Shown: positions 18,730 through 27,540 of the stretch, piece by piece
Layout: each line of letters begins with the position of its first letter
How positions within the stretch are numbered: position 1 is the stretch's first letter
Source of the DNA: an uncultured Oscillospiraceae bacterium
GTDB taxonomy: Bacteria > Bacillota > Clostridia > Oscillospirales > Oscillospiraceae
DNA: 60,009 nt
Reading direction: 5' to 3'
Assembly (NCBI GenBank): GCA_904420145.1
Contig: CAJFUI010000027.1
Span: 1-60,009, forward strand
The notes under the pieces: generated by a model
Databases searched by the model: none
Told to the model about the DNA's origin: nothing
The model's input: the letters and a program-made list of their open reading frames with translations, nothing else
Made by a program: the position numbers and the translations under genes

Positions 18730-19497
18730 TTGCAATTTTGGGAGGAGCTTGATAAGATTTCACGGGAAAAATTGTCAGTTCCCCCAATATCTGAAAGAAA
18801 GGAGGATGAGACCATTACGCAGCCAAAAGCAACAGAGTTTGATCAAAAGGTGCAGGCGCGCAAGGATTTGCGGCGGCACAGAATGATGCGGTACTTTATT
18901 GAGGCCGCAGAGGAACTGATCCAGTCCGACGGGCTGAAAAATCTGACGATTCGAAATGTAACCGAGCGGGCCGGCTACAGCAGCGCCACCCTCTACAATT
19001 ACTTTGACGATTTGGATGAGCTCATTATGTTCACCGCCTTTAAGTTCCGGCGGGGATATATGCAGGATTTGTCGAGAGAGATCAAGCCGGAGATGAACGC
19101 TCTCGAGCAGTTCATCCGCCTCTATGAGATCTTCTGCTACCACAGCTTCCGCTCCCCAGATATCTATATGACTCTCTTTTTCGGCCGGCACAGCCGCAAC
19201 TACAAGGACGTGTTCCAGACCTACTACAAGATTTTCCCCGAGGAGCTCACCTCCCTGACGACCTTCCTCTCCGACGTGCTGATGCAGAACGACATCTGGG
19301 AGATCGACCGGGCCGCTGTCCACCATCTGGTGGCCCAGGGGTATATCAAGGCGGAGAATCAGGAGCAGGTGGCCAACCTCACCGTGCGCATGCACGAGAG
19401 CTATCTGTATGACATGATCCTTGATCCGAAGCGGGATCCAGATCTGCAGCGGCAGAAATTCATGGAGGTGCTCCACCACATCATCAACACCAACTGA
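18730..19497 (+). CDS. TetR/AcrR-family transcriptional regulator (start uncertain)
   Basis: HTH LTIRNVTERAGYSSATLYNYFDD. The longest ORF starts at TTG 18730 without an SD; alternative starts are GTG 18850 and ATG 18883. Confidence 0.7.
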   Translation: MQFWEELDKISREKLSVPPISERKEDETITQPKATEFDQKVQARKDLRRHRMMRYFIEAAEELIQSDGLKNLTIRNVTERAGYSSATLYNYFDDLDELIMFTAFKFRRGYMQDLSREIKPEMNALEQFIRLYEIFCYHSFRSPDIYMTLFFGRHSRNYKDVFQTYYKIFPEELTSLTTFLSDVLMQNDIWEIDRAAVHHLVAQGYIKAENQEQVANLTVRMHESYLYDMILDPKRDPDLQRQKFMEVLHHIINTN

Positions 19498-19612
19498 CGG
19501 TTCCCGCCCCTCTCCGCCATGGGACCGTCCCGTCAAAACAGCGCTTAGGCGAGGCCTCCGCCGAAATACGGCTCAGGTGACTTTGCACTAAGCGGGAATC
19601 TGAGGTGAAGGT

Positions 19613-20230
19613 ATGTTAGAACAAGCAGCGGCCTCCGCCGTGCTGCAGGTCATCCGCGACCGGCGGAGTATCCGCCGTTTTTCCCCCGAGCCGATCCCCC
19701 GCCAGCATCTGGAAGCGATTTTAGAGGCGGGGCGTCTGGCCCCCTCCTCCAATAACCGGCAGCCTTGGCGGTTCGTAGTCGTCACAGAGTCCCACCGAGC
19801 CGCCTTCCTGGAGGCGTTTGCCAGGGGGGTGGCAGCTGAGGAAAATGGAAATGGCATGCTGCCGGGTCGGGCCTCCGGCTGCAAGGCTGCGGCCCACACC
19901 ATCCAGGTGCTGGAGCGCGCCCCCGTCACCGTGCTGGTTCTGAACCCGATAGGCCTTGCCATCGGCCAAAGCATGACGCCGGAGGAGCACCTCTTCGAGC
20001 TGAACAACGCCCAGTCGGTGGGCGCGGCCATGGAGAATATGGCTCTGACCGCCTGTGCTCTCGGCCTCGGCAGCCTGTGGATCTGTGATATCCACTTTGC
20101 CTACCGGCAGATCCAGGACTTCCTTGGGACCAAGGAGCAGCTCATCGCCGCCATGGCCTTCGGCTATCCGGAGGAGCACCCGGCGGCCAGGCCCCGGAAA
20201 AAGGCGGAGGACTGCATCCAATGGCTGTAG
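19613..20230 (+). CDS. Nitroreductase-family FMN oxidoreductase
   Basis: RRSIRRF...LEAGRLAPSSNNRQPWRFVVV signature. 205 aa. Confidence 0.8.
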   Translation: MLEQAAASAVLQVIRDRRSIRRFSPEPIPRQHLEAILEAGRLAPSSNNRQPWRFVVVTESHRAAFLEAFARGVAAEENGNGMLPGRASGCKAAAHTIQVLERAPVTVLVLNPIGLAIGQSMTPEEHLFELNNAQSVGAAMENMALTACALGLGSLWICDIHFAYRQIQDFLGTKEQLIAAMAFGYPEEHPAARPRKKAEDCIQWL

Positions 20231-20277
20231 CGCCTTCCGGTGCCACGGGTGGATGCCAAGCAAAGCAGACACACAAA

Positions 20278-20315
20278 AGAGACCTTGGACACAGAAGTCC
20301 AAGGTCTCTTTTTTC
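20278..20315. terminator. Bidirectional rho-independent terminator
   Basis: AGAGACCTTGGAC-acagaa-GTCCAAGGTCTCT is flanked by an A-run and TTTTTT, between convergent genes. Confidence 0.6.
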
Positions 20316-20348
20316 TCCAACAGAAGGCGCAGAACAGGCAGCGTTCCC

Positions 20349-20855
20349 CTACTTCCCTCTCCGGCGTCGCCACTCGTTCCAAAAGGCCGTGTAGCCGTCC
20401 CGGTCAAAGGGGTCCTCCGGTATCTTCTTGGGGGAGCAGGCCCGGTAAAAGGCCTCCACGCTGTCGGCAAAGCGGAACACCTCCCGCCGGTAGGCCTCGA
20501 GGGGCACCCGCTCCTCCCGTCCATCCTCCAAAATCAGCCTGACGCTGTCCCCGTCATGGACCACGGACCAGTCCACACCGTAGTCGCAGCCAATAATCGT
20601 CACATTCTCCAGTGCCTTGTCGGCCACGAGAAAGAACCCGCAGCAGGGCAGCAGCTGGTTGTCCTGGTGGATGATATGGTCCTCGGTCAGCGTCTTGAGC
20701 AGATAGAGGGCCGCGGCGCTGACAGTGCAGTCGTAGGCCACCACCGCCTCCCCGATGCGGACCTCCACATGGCCGTGGAGGCAGCGGTCCTCCGGGTCGT
20801 CCCGCTCCCCAGTGAGCCATGCAAAATCTCTTCCCTCGATCTGAAAGATTCCCAT
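20349..20855 (-). CDS. Hypothetical protein, 168 aa; no family recognised
   Basis: ORF 20349..21233 trimmed to ATG 20855 (MGIFQIEGRDFAWLTGERDD...), preceded by GGAGGAGG. The longer ORF overlaps the upstream gene in another frame and is Arg/Pro-rich. Confidence 0.55.
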   Translation of the reverse strand: MGIFQIEGRDFAWLTGERDDPEDRCLHGHVEVRIGEAVVAYDCTVSAAALYLLKTLTEDHIIHQDNQLLPCCGFFLVADKALENVTIIGCDYGVDWSVVHDGDSVRLILEDGREERVPLEAYRREVFRFADSVEAFYRACSPKKIPEDPFDRDGYTAFWNEWRRRRGK

Positions 20856-20914
20856 CCGCCATTCCTCCTCCCCTGCTTTCCGCCGTACAGAGCTTCCCTT
20901 TGGGCGGAAATTTA

Positions 20915-21997
20915 TCAGTAGTAGGCTGCCAGCAGGTCCACCACGGTGCCATAGCTCTGGACGCCGTCCTCCTGCCCGTAACCCTTGAGCATCGTGTCGT
21001 AGACCTTTTGGCTCACCGCGTCCACAGGGGACTCCCACTGCTCCCAGTAGGCGTTGTTGTACTGGATATCCAGGAGCACCTCCTCCTTCAGCTGGGCACG
21101 CAGCTCCCGCCAGCTGTCTGTGTCCGCCCGGTAGAGGGCGTTGGACAGGTGGATGTAGCCCAAGAGATAGCCGGAGTAGACATAGGCGGCGTTGCCGCTC
21201 TGGGTGGAGGTGACAATGGCCACAAAGTTGCACTCCTGCTCCGAGGCGATCCCCCGCTGGTGGGCCAGCTCGTGGACGATGGTGGAGGGCAGGAAGGCCT
21301 CAGGGCTGTCCACATTCAGCACCGACTCCCCGGTAAAGCCGGAGTAGAAGCCGGTAAAGCCCATGGCGCTGAGCACCTTGGAGAAGATCATCCCCTTGGG
21401 CACCCGGTCCTTCCGCTCCAAAAAGGGGAACTCGTCATAGATGCAGGAATAGATCTCCGTGCTGTCGGCGAAGATCTCCTCCCGGCTCACGGCAAATAGG
21501 CCGTTTTCATCCCGGGGAATTGCCTCCGAGGCGGCGTTGAGCCCCTCGGTAAAGTAGGCGGTCAGGCGGCGGAGCTCCTCCACTGAGACCTCCTCGGCGA
21601 CGATCCCGCTCTTGTCCTGAAAGCTGTCGGCGTAGTAGTTGATCCCCCAGGACAGACAGAGCCAGTCCGCCACTGTCAGCAGCACACACAAAAACACGAG
21701 AAAGCGCCGGTAAGCCACCGTCCGGCGGCTGCCCCGGCTGCGGCGGATCTTCACCGCCGAGGCCACGATGTACACCACGACCCACAGCCCGGCGGCGATG
21801 TACAAAATCTCGATCACCGGGAAGGGGACCAGATAGCACACGGCCCCCACCGCATCCTTCAGGGGCTGGGTCACCCGTTCCACCAGAAAATTCATGGCCG
21901 GACGGCTGTTGCGCCCGATCAAAAACGCCAGCAGCAGCACAAGCAGCACCGCCAGCCAGATATGCAGCTTTTTATTCCTGTTGAAAAATTCCTTCAA
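20915..21997 (-). CDS. Membrane-anchored HExxH metallopeptidase-like protein (DUF3810-like, from memory)
   Basis: Start TTG 21997 with GGAAAGGAG 6 nt upstream (LKEFFNRNKKLHIWLAVLLVLLL...). TM helices near the N-terminus and a VHELAHQRG zinc motif. Confidence 0.65.
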   Translation of the reverse strand: MKEFFNRNKKLHIWLAVLLVLLLAFLIGRNSRPAMNFLVERVTQPLKDAVGAVCYLVPFPVIEILYIAAGLWVVVYIVASAVKIRRSRGSRRTVAYRRFLVFLCVLLTVADWLCLSWGINYYADSFQDKSGIVAEEVSVEELRRLTAYFTEGLNAASEAIPRDENGLFAVSREEIFADSTEIYSCIYDEFPFLERKDRVPKGMIFSKVLSAMGFTGFYSGFTGESVLNVDSPEAFLPSTIVHELAHQRGIASEQECNFVAIVTSTQSGNAAYVYSGYLLGYIHLSNALYRADTDSWRELRAQLKEEVLLDIQYNNAYWEQWESPVDAVSQKVYDTMLKGYGQEDGVQSYGTVVDLLAAYY

Positions 21998-22841
21998 GGT
22001 CCGCTCCTTTCCATGTGGCAAGCGCACCCAGCATGGGCTCAAAGTCAATTCCCTCCCGTGGCGGGAGATCCTGCGGCGCGGTGTGGGCGGCGCACAGCCG
22101 AACAAACTCTGCCGCCCGGCGGGCGGCCTCCTTTAGGGAGGCACCCTGTACGATGGCGCCGGTGAGTACGCTGGCAAAGAGATCCCCGGTGCCGTGGAAG
22201 GCCCTGCCCACAAAATCCGTCTGTACGACAGAAACCGAGCCGTCCCGCCGGTCAAAGCAGGCCGCGCCGATCCGCCCTGGCCGGAGGCTCACCCCAGTGA
22301 GCACCACCGAACGGCCGCCGTCTTTGCTGAGCCGCCGGACCGTATCCTCCGGCGGAGCGGCGGTCACGTCCGCATAGGGTAGGCCCAGCAGCTGGGCGGC
22401 CTCCGTGTAGTTGGGGACGATGACGTCCGCAGCGTCCGCCAGCAGAGCCATGGCTTGGCACATCTCCGGGGTGTAGGTCCGGTAGAGCTTCCCGTGGTCC
22501 CCCATCACCGGGTCCACCACGGCCACGCTTCCCTTTTCCTGCATGTCCCGGATAAATGCCGCCGAGAGCGCCATCTGCCGGGTACTGCCCATAAAGCCGG
22601 TGTACACTGCCTCAAAAGTGAGATCCAACTGCCGCCAGTGATCCATAGCGCCTGCAAGGGCGTCGGTCATATCGAGGAAGGTATTGCCGGCAAAGCCGCC
22701 GGTATGAGTGGAGAGATAGGCCGTGGGCAGCGGGCAGCACTGCACCCCCATGGCGGAGAGCACCGGCATCACTACCGTCAAAGAACAGCGGCCGAAGCCA
22801 GAAAGGTCATGTATGGCGGCTACTCTCGGTGTTCTTCTCAT
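21972..22841 (-). CDS. pdxK: Pyridoxal/pyridoxine/pyridoxamine kinase
   Basis: MRRTPRVAAIHDLSGFGRCSLTVVMPVLSAMGVQCCPLPTAYLSTHTGGF is typical of the PdxK/PdxY ribokinase fold. Start moved to ATG 22841 (GGGAG 9 nt upstream) so the gene does not overlap the tRNA promoter. Confidence 0.75.
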   Translation of the reverse strand: MRRTPRVAAIHDLSGFGRCSLTVVMPVLSAMGVQCCPLPTAYLSTHTGGFAGNTFLDMTDALAGAMDHWRQLDLTFEAVYTGFMGSTRQMALSAAFIRDMQEKGSVAVVDPVMGDHGKLYRTYTPEMCQAMALLADAADVIVPNYTEAAQLLGLPYADVTAAPPEDTVRRLSKDGGRSVVLTGVSLRPGRIGAACFDRRDGSVSVVQTDFVGRAFHGTGDLFASVLTGAIVQGASLKEAARRAAEFVRLCAAHTAPQDLPPREGIDFEPMLGALATWKGADLEGIFQQE

Positions 22842-22902
22842 TCTCGTCATCTCCCACAAAAACAGCGTCGTAATTTTTTCCATTATATTCTGAAATTCCC
22901 TC

Positions 22903-22931
22903 TTGTTCAAGTGGAAATTATGTGGTATACT
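22903..22931 (+). promoter_or_regulatory. Promoter candidate for the tRNA pair
   Basis: TTGTTC, a 17-nt spacer ending in TG (extended -10), then TATACT, about 33 nt upstream of tRNA-Leu. Confidence 0.45.
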
Positions 22932-22964
22932 AACGTTCGTGACAGACGAGGCACCGCCCTATTT

Positions 22965-23047
<83 letters not shown>

Positions 23048-23068
23048 ATTTTCTCGCCTTAAGAATAT

Positions 23069-23145
23069 GGAGGCTTAGCTCAGCTGGTTAGAGCGCCTGC
23101 TTCACACGCAGGAGGTCACTGGTTCGAGTCCAGCAGTCTCCACCA
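23069..23145 (+). tRNA. tRNA-Val (anticodon CAC), encoded CCA
   Basis: Hand-folded. Acceptor GGAGGCT/AGTCTCC (one G-U pair), D-arm GCTC/GAGC, anticodon stem CCTGC/GCAGG with loop TTCACAC, T-arm ACTGG TTCGAGT CCAGC, then ACCA. Confidence 0.9.
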
Positions 23146-23147
23146 AA

Positions 23148-23186
23148 GAACCCCCGAAACCTCAACGGTTTCGGGGGGTTCTTTTA
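23148..23186 (+). terminator. Rho-independent terminator after the tRNA pair
   Basis: GAACCCCCGAAAC-loop-GTTTCGGGGGGTTC followed by TTTT. Confidence 0.7.
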
Positions 23187-23377
23187 TTCGTGCATATTCA
23201 TTTTGTTAGTAACATCAAAGACTTCGTATCTTCCGCATAACCCCATTATACACTCTCGGATTTGCAACTTGCAGAGTGTCCATCAAATCATCCATAATAC
23301 AGAAAATGTCATCCTGATTTTTTCCTTCTATCTCCAGCAGAAACTCACCGTCACCATAACGGCCAGTGTATGTGGGT

Positions 23378-24538
23378 TCAGGCAGCGTCCAAACCCAGCG
23401 ACAGGGAGTCCACCCACTGGGAGACGGTCTCCTGGGAGGCGGAGCCGTTAAACCGCTGGCCGTCCAGCCATGTTGCGCCATCCGTCAGAGCCTCCAAGTC
23501 ACTGGCGCTCTGTCCGATGCCGCTGGAGCCGGAGGTACAGAAGGGCACGATGGTCTTGCCGTTAAAATCATAACTTTCCAGGAAGGTGGAGATGATCTTG
23601 GGCGCGTCCCCCCACCAGATAGGGTAGCCCAGGAAGACAACCTCGTAATCCTCCATATTCTCCACGCCGCCGGAGATGGCCGGGCGGGCTGCAGGGTCGT
23701 TCTGCTCCTGATTGGCCCGGCAGTCCGAGTTGCTGTAATTTAGGTCTTCGGCGGTATAGGGAACTTCAGGGACGATCTCATAGAGGTCAGCGTCCAGAAT
23801 GGCGGTCAGATACTCCGCTATGTTCTCCGTGTTGCCGGTAGCGGAGAAGTAGGCCACCAGCACATCGGTTCCCCCGTCCGGCTCAGGGCTGGGATCCGGC
23901 TCGGGGTCGGGTTCCGCCAGATTTTCGGTATAGCGCATGAGAATGGCGGCCACCTGGGCCCGGGTGGCCGTGCCGCCGGGGGCAAAGCGGCCATCCCCCA
24001 CCCCGTCAACATAGCCGTTGGCCTGGGCCCAGTCCACTGCGGGGGCGGCCCAGGAGGAGATTTCGCTCTCATCTGCAAAGCTTACCTCCGACCGATCGTC
24101 GGGACTTCCGGCGTAGCGCCACAAAATGGTGGCCAGCTGCTCCCGGGTCACCGGGTCATGGGGGCCGAACCGGTTATCCCCGTAGCCGCTGACGATCCCC
24201 TCCAGCCGGGCCCAGTAGACGCCGTCGGCGTACCAGCTGTCCCCCGGAACATCGGAGAAGGGATAGCCGAGGTTTTCGTCCTCCAGAGAGGGGGAGCCGG
24301 CCAGCCGGTAGAGAACGGTGGACAGCATGGCCCGGGTCATATTCGTATCAGGGGAGAAAGTGGTGTCGCCGGTGCCGCTCATCAGACCGTTGTCCCGGCA
24401 GTAGACGGCGGCCCGGGCATACCAAGCGTCCCCATCCACATCGGAGAATCCGGTATCCGATTCTGCGGCAAATGAAGTGATAGACATCGTTAGTGCGGCC
24501 GCGGTCAGAATCGCGGCAAGCCATTTCAGATTGCCCAT
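23378..24538 (-). CDS. Secreted, cell-wall-anchored flavodoxin-like protein (signal peptide + 3 SLH repeats + Pro/Glu/Asp linker + flavodoxin-like domain)
   Basis: ORF 23378..24592 trimmed to ATG 24538 (MGNLKWLAAILTAAALTMSITSFA|AE). Three repeats match the SLH pattern (FSDVDGDAWYA..., FSDVPGDSWYA..., FADESEISSWAA...). Linker EPDPEPDPSPEPDGG. Flavodoxin-like motifs LVAYFSATGNTE, VFLGYPIWWG and PFCTSGSSG. Confidence 0.8.
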   Translation of the reverse strand: MGNLKWLAAILTAAALTMSITSFAAESDTGFSDVDGDAWYARAAVYCRDNGLMSGTGDTTFSPDTNMTRAMLSTVLYRLAGSPSLEDENLGYPFSDVPGDSWYADGVYWARLEGIVSGYGDNRFGPHDPVTREQLATILWRYAGSPDDRSEVSFADESEISSWAAPAVDWAQANGYVDGVGDGRFAPGGTATRAQVAAILMRYTENLAEPDPEPDPSPEPDGGTDVLVAYFSATGNTENIAEYLTAILDADLYEIVPEVPYTAEDLNYSNSDCRANQEQNDPAARPAISGGVENMEDYEVVFLGYPIWWGDAPKIISTFLESYDFNGKTIVPFCTSGSSGIGQSASDLEALTDGATWLDGQRFNGSASQETVSQWVDSLSLGLDAA

Positions 24539-24558
24539 GGTTTTTCGCTCCTTCCTGC

Positions 24559-25602
24559 TTATTGTTCGATGTTCTGGTTTCCGGTGGACCACACGTGCTG
24601 TTCCTTAGCGGCCGCCGGGGTATTCTGGGCCATGACCCCCACCAGCTTGTGGGGCACATAGGGCTCCTCGAGATAGGCCATCTCCTCCGCCGTCAGCTGC
24701 AGATCCACGGCCTTGGCGGCCCCCTCGATGTGGTGCATCTTTGTCGCCCCCACCACCGGAGCGGTCACCTTGGCCAGCAGCCACGATAGGGACACCTCCG
24801 TCATGGAGACGCCCCGCCGGTCCGCCACATCCGCCACCCGGCGGATGATTACGCCGTCCTGCTCCGCCGTGGCGTCGTACTTAAACCGGGCGTAGCTGTC
24901 CTCCTCCAGCCGTTTGGAGGTCTCCCCCGGGTGCTTGGAGAGGCGTCCTCCGGCTAAGGAGCTGTAGGGCGTCATGGCGATGTTGTCCTCGGCACAGAGT
25001 TTGGCCATCTCCCGCTCCTCTTCCCGGAAGATCAGGTTGTAGTGGCCCTGGATGGAGACGAATTTGGCAAAGCCCTCCCGCTCCGCCAGGGCGTTGGCCT
25101 TGGCCAGCTGGTAGGCGAGGCAGTTGGAGATGCCGATATACCGCACCTTCCCCGCCTGCACCATCCGGTTGAGCCCGTCCATGATGTCATAGAGGGGGGT
25201 CTCGTAGTCCCACATGTGGTAGATATACAGGTCGATATAGTCCAGCCCTAAATTCCGTAGGCTGGTGTTCACCATATTCTCGATGTGCTGTTGGCCGGAG
25301 ACGCCAGCGGCGATCTCCTCCTGGGTGCGGGGGAGGAACTTGGTGGCCACCACCACGTCCTCCCGCCTGGCAAAGTCCCGGATCGCCCGGCCCACATACT
25401 GCTCGCTGGTGCCGCTCTGGTAGCCGACGGCAGTATCGAAGAAGTTGACCCCCAGCTCCAGGCCCCGCTTAATGATTTCCCGGGAGTGCTCCTCGTCCAG
25501 GGTCCAGCTGTGCTGGCCGTTTTTGGCGTCGCCGAAGCCCATGCACCCCATGCAGATGCGGGAGACGGTCAGATCGGAGCTTCCAAGTTTTGTGTACTGC
25601 AT
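24559..25602 (-). CDS. Aldo/keto reductase (AKR, Tas/YajO-like)
   Basis: ORF trimmed to ATG 25602 (MQYTKLGSSDLTVSRICMGCMGFG), with AAGGAGG 9 nt upstream. Motifs NFFDTAVGY and IGISN. Confidence 0.85.
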   Translation of the reverse strand: MQYTKLGSSDLTVSRICMGCMGFGDAKNGQHSWTLDEEHSREIIKRGLELGVNFFDTAVGYQSGTSEQYVGRAIRDFARREDVVVATKFLPRTQEEIAAGVSGQQHIENMVNTSLRNLGLDYIDLYIYHMWDYETPLYDIMDGLNRMVQAGKVRYIGISNCLAYQLAKANALAEREGFAKFVSIQGHYNLIFREEEREMAKLCAEDNIAMTPYSSLAGGRLSKHPGETSKRLEEDSYARFKYDATAEQDGVIIRRVADVADRRGVSMTEVSLSWLLAKVTAPVVGATKMHHIEGAAKAVDLQLTAEEMAYLEEPYVPHKLVGVMAQNTPAAAKEQHVWSTGNQNIEQ

Positions 25603-26132
25603 ATTCCTCTGCCTCCTTTTGGTGAAGATGCTGCAAATTCTGTGCGGAGCAGCCATTGTTGGATTTTCTCTGCCGCTTCCCCCGTTTCCCCATCGAGGAT
25701 CCCCAGCGCCTCCCCCACGTCCGCTTTCGGGCAGAGGGCCTGCACATCCTGGCGCAGGTCGCAGGGCACCCCGCCGCAGTGGGAGTAGAAGGGGAGGAGG
25801 AGTTTCCCTGACAGGTCATGCTGATACAGCCACGCGGCCAGGGGCGGCGCCATGGTCCCACACCAGTTGGGCGTGCCCACAAAGATGATGGGATAGGACT
25901 GCGGCGTATGGGAAACGGGGAGCAGTCTGGGGCGGACATGCCCCTGGATCTCTTTTCTCACCTGGGCCAGCAGCTCCGGGAAGGCCATGGGGTAGGGCTG
26001 CCAGGGATAAATCTCACACCAGTCGCTCCCAGTGACCCGCCGGAGGGCCGATGCGATTTGGTGGGTATGCCCAGAGTAGGAGTAAGAGATAATCAGGCAC
26101 CGCTCCCCATCCCTGCCGTCTGCCATGCCCAT
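25569..26132 (-). CDS. Flavodoxin-like protein, cytoplasmic
   Basis: CLIISYSYSGHTHQIA, IIFVGTPNWCGTMAPP and PFYSHCGG are collinear with the two exported flavodoxin-like domains. Start ATG 26132 (SD GGAGGT, 7 nt). The 3' end overlaps the AKR start by 34 nt. Confidence 0.65.
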   Translation of the reverse strand: MGMADGRDGERCLIISYSYSGHTHQIASALRRVTGSDWCEIYPWQPYPMAFPELLAQVRKEIQGHVRPRLLPVSHTPQSYPIIFVGTPNWCGTMAPPLAAWLYQHDLSGKLLLPFYSHCGGVPCDLRQDVQALCPKADVGEALGILDGETGEAAEKIQQWLLRTEFAASSPKGGRGICSTQNLEAPI

Positions 26133-26168
26133 GGGCGCCACCTCCTCCTTATCAAGCTCTGGGCCATG

Positions 26169-26726
26169 CTATTTCTGCGTGTCTTTTCCAAAGGACATGC
26201 ACTTGCCCAGGACCTCTCCGGTCTTCAGATACTCGTAGGTGGGCATCTCGAAGAGGACCGGCTTCAGCGCACGGTAGTCGATCTTTCCGGCCTCGTTGAG
26301 GATGCCCTCCTCCGCGTAGGTGTTGGCGATGGTACAGATAAAGTTATCAAACCCCTTGGTTTCGTAGATGTCCTCCACCTTGCACTCCATCACCACCGGG
26401 GCGTCGGCGATCATGGGGACGCCGTTTTCACTGACTGTGACGTCGAACAGCGCCGACTTGTCCGCCTTGGCCCCGCTGACGCAGCCGGAGCGGTCCGCCT
26501 TGGGGAGCAGCGCCTCGTCCACGATGTTGATGGAGAGCATCCCGCTCTCCTTGATGCCCTGGTTGGTGTAGTGGGGCTGGGCCAGGCTGACCATCACATG
26601 GTCGTGGCCCATGATGCCCAAATGCCCCACCAGCAGCCAGTTGGGCTTGCCGTTTACCATAGCTCCCACCACAACGAGAGGGGTGGGATACAGGGCCAGG
26701 GTGTTTCCAATATTCTTTTTCATCAT
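26169..26726 (-). CDS. Flavin-reductase-like (FMN-binding split-barrel) protein
   Basis: ORF trimmed to ATG 26726 (MMKKNIGNTLALYPTPLVVVGAMVNGKPNW...), with GGGAGG 5 nt upstream. Confidence 0.7.
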   Translation of the reverse strand: MMKKNIGNTLALYPTPLVVVGAMVNGKPNWLLVGHLGIMGHDHVMVSLAQPHYTNQGIKESGMLSINIVDEALLPKADRSGCVSGAKADKSALFDVTVSENGVPMIADAPVVMECKVEDIYETKGFDNFICTIANTYAEEGILNEAGKIDYRALKPVLFEMPTYEYLKTGEVLGKCMSFGKDTQK

Positions 26727-26868
26727 GCATTCCTCCCAAATATGATATTGACAGATGCCCCTGCCGGGCCAGGCAGGCATCTCCGACAAAGCTGCGGCGC
26801 AAGCGCCAGCCGCTCCAAATGACGGGGAACAGGCGGCGCCGTCTGACAGAGCCCCCCGGCTCTCCCCG

Positions 26869-27405
26869 TTATTTCAGCCGGTTGCCCAGCTCGTAGGCCC
26901 GCTGGGTGTAGGGAGAATGCTTCGTCATGGACGGCGAGCCGCAGCCCTTCCCCAGCACCGTGCCCATGTCCTGCAGATGCAGATAGCGCACCAGCGTCTG
27001 ATAGTGGCTCTCCAGCGCCTCAAAGGTCCAGCTGTCGCTGTTCCACGCCGCGGAGAGCAGGGCGGACTTCATGTGCTTGCGCTGAATGGAGCTGTTAAAG
27101 GCGCAGAAGCGGTCGATCAGGATCTTCAGCTGGGCGGACATGCCGTAGTAGTACAGGGGCGTCACGAACACCATCATATCCGCGCCCAGAATCTTGGGGC
27201 GGATCTCATCCATCCCGTCGCTTTGGGCACAGGGTCCCTCGTAGCCGCAGTGGATGCAGCCGGTGCAGGGATGGATATCGGCGTGGGCGGCGTCAATGAC
27301 CTCCACCGTATGGCCGGCCTCCTCCGCCCCCTGCTTAAAGCAGTCGGCCAGCAGGTTGGAGGAGCCGTGCTTGTTGGGGCTCCCCTCCAAAAGGACAATT
27401 TTCAT
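26869..27405 (-). CDS. NAD(P)H-dependent FMN reductase / iron-sulfur-flavoprotein-like protein
   Basis: MKIVLLEGSPNKHGSSN (flavodoxin_2/ISF N-terminus) and a compact Cys cluster, CTGCIHCGYEGPC. Confidence 0.7.
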   Translation of the reverse strand: MKIVLLEGSPNKHGSSNLLADCFKQGAEEAGHTVEVIDAAHADIHPCTGCIHCGYEGPCAQSDGMDEIRPKILGADMMVFVTPLYYYGMSAQLKILIDRFCAFNSSIQRKHMKSALLSAAWNSDSWTFEALESHYQTLVRYLHLQDMGTVLGKGCGSPSMTKHSPYTQRAYELGNRLK

Positions 27406-27540
27406 GGAAAGATACCTCCTGCTTGCTGTGTAAAAGCATCGCGAAATGGGCCATGTGCCGTTTTCAGCGGCACGACCATGAAGTTTTTTGCGGCCACGCC
27501 CTCCGCGCCGCCGGCAGAATGTGCATGTTCTGAAGGCTCG

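Noticed and set aside
20349-21233. 294-aa version of the hypothetical protein ORF.
   Set aside because: The upstream 126 codons overlap the 3' end of the DUF3810-like gene and look non-coding. The internal ATG 20855 has a strong GGAGGAGG SD.
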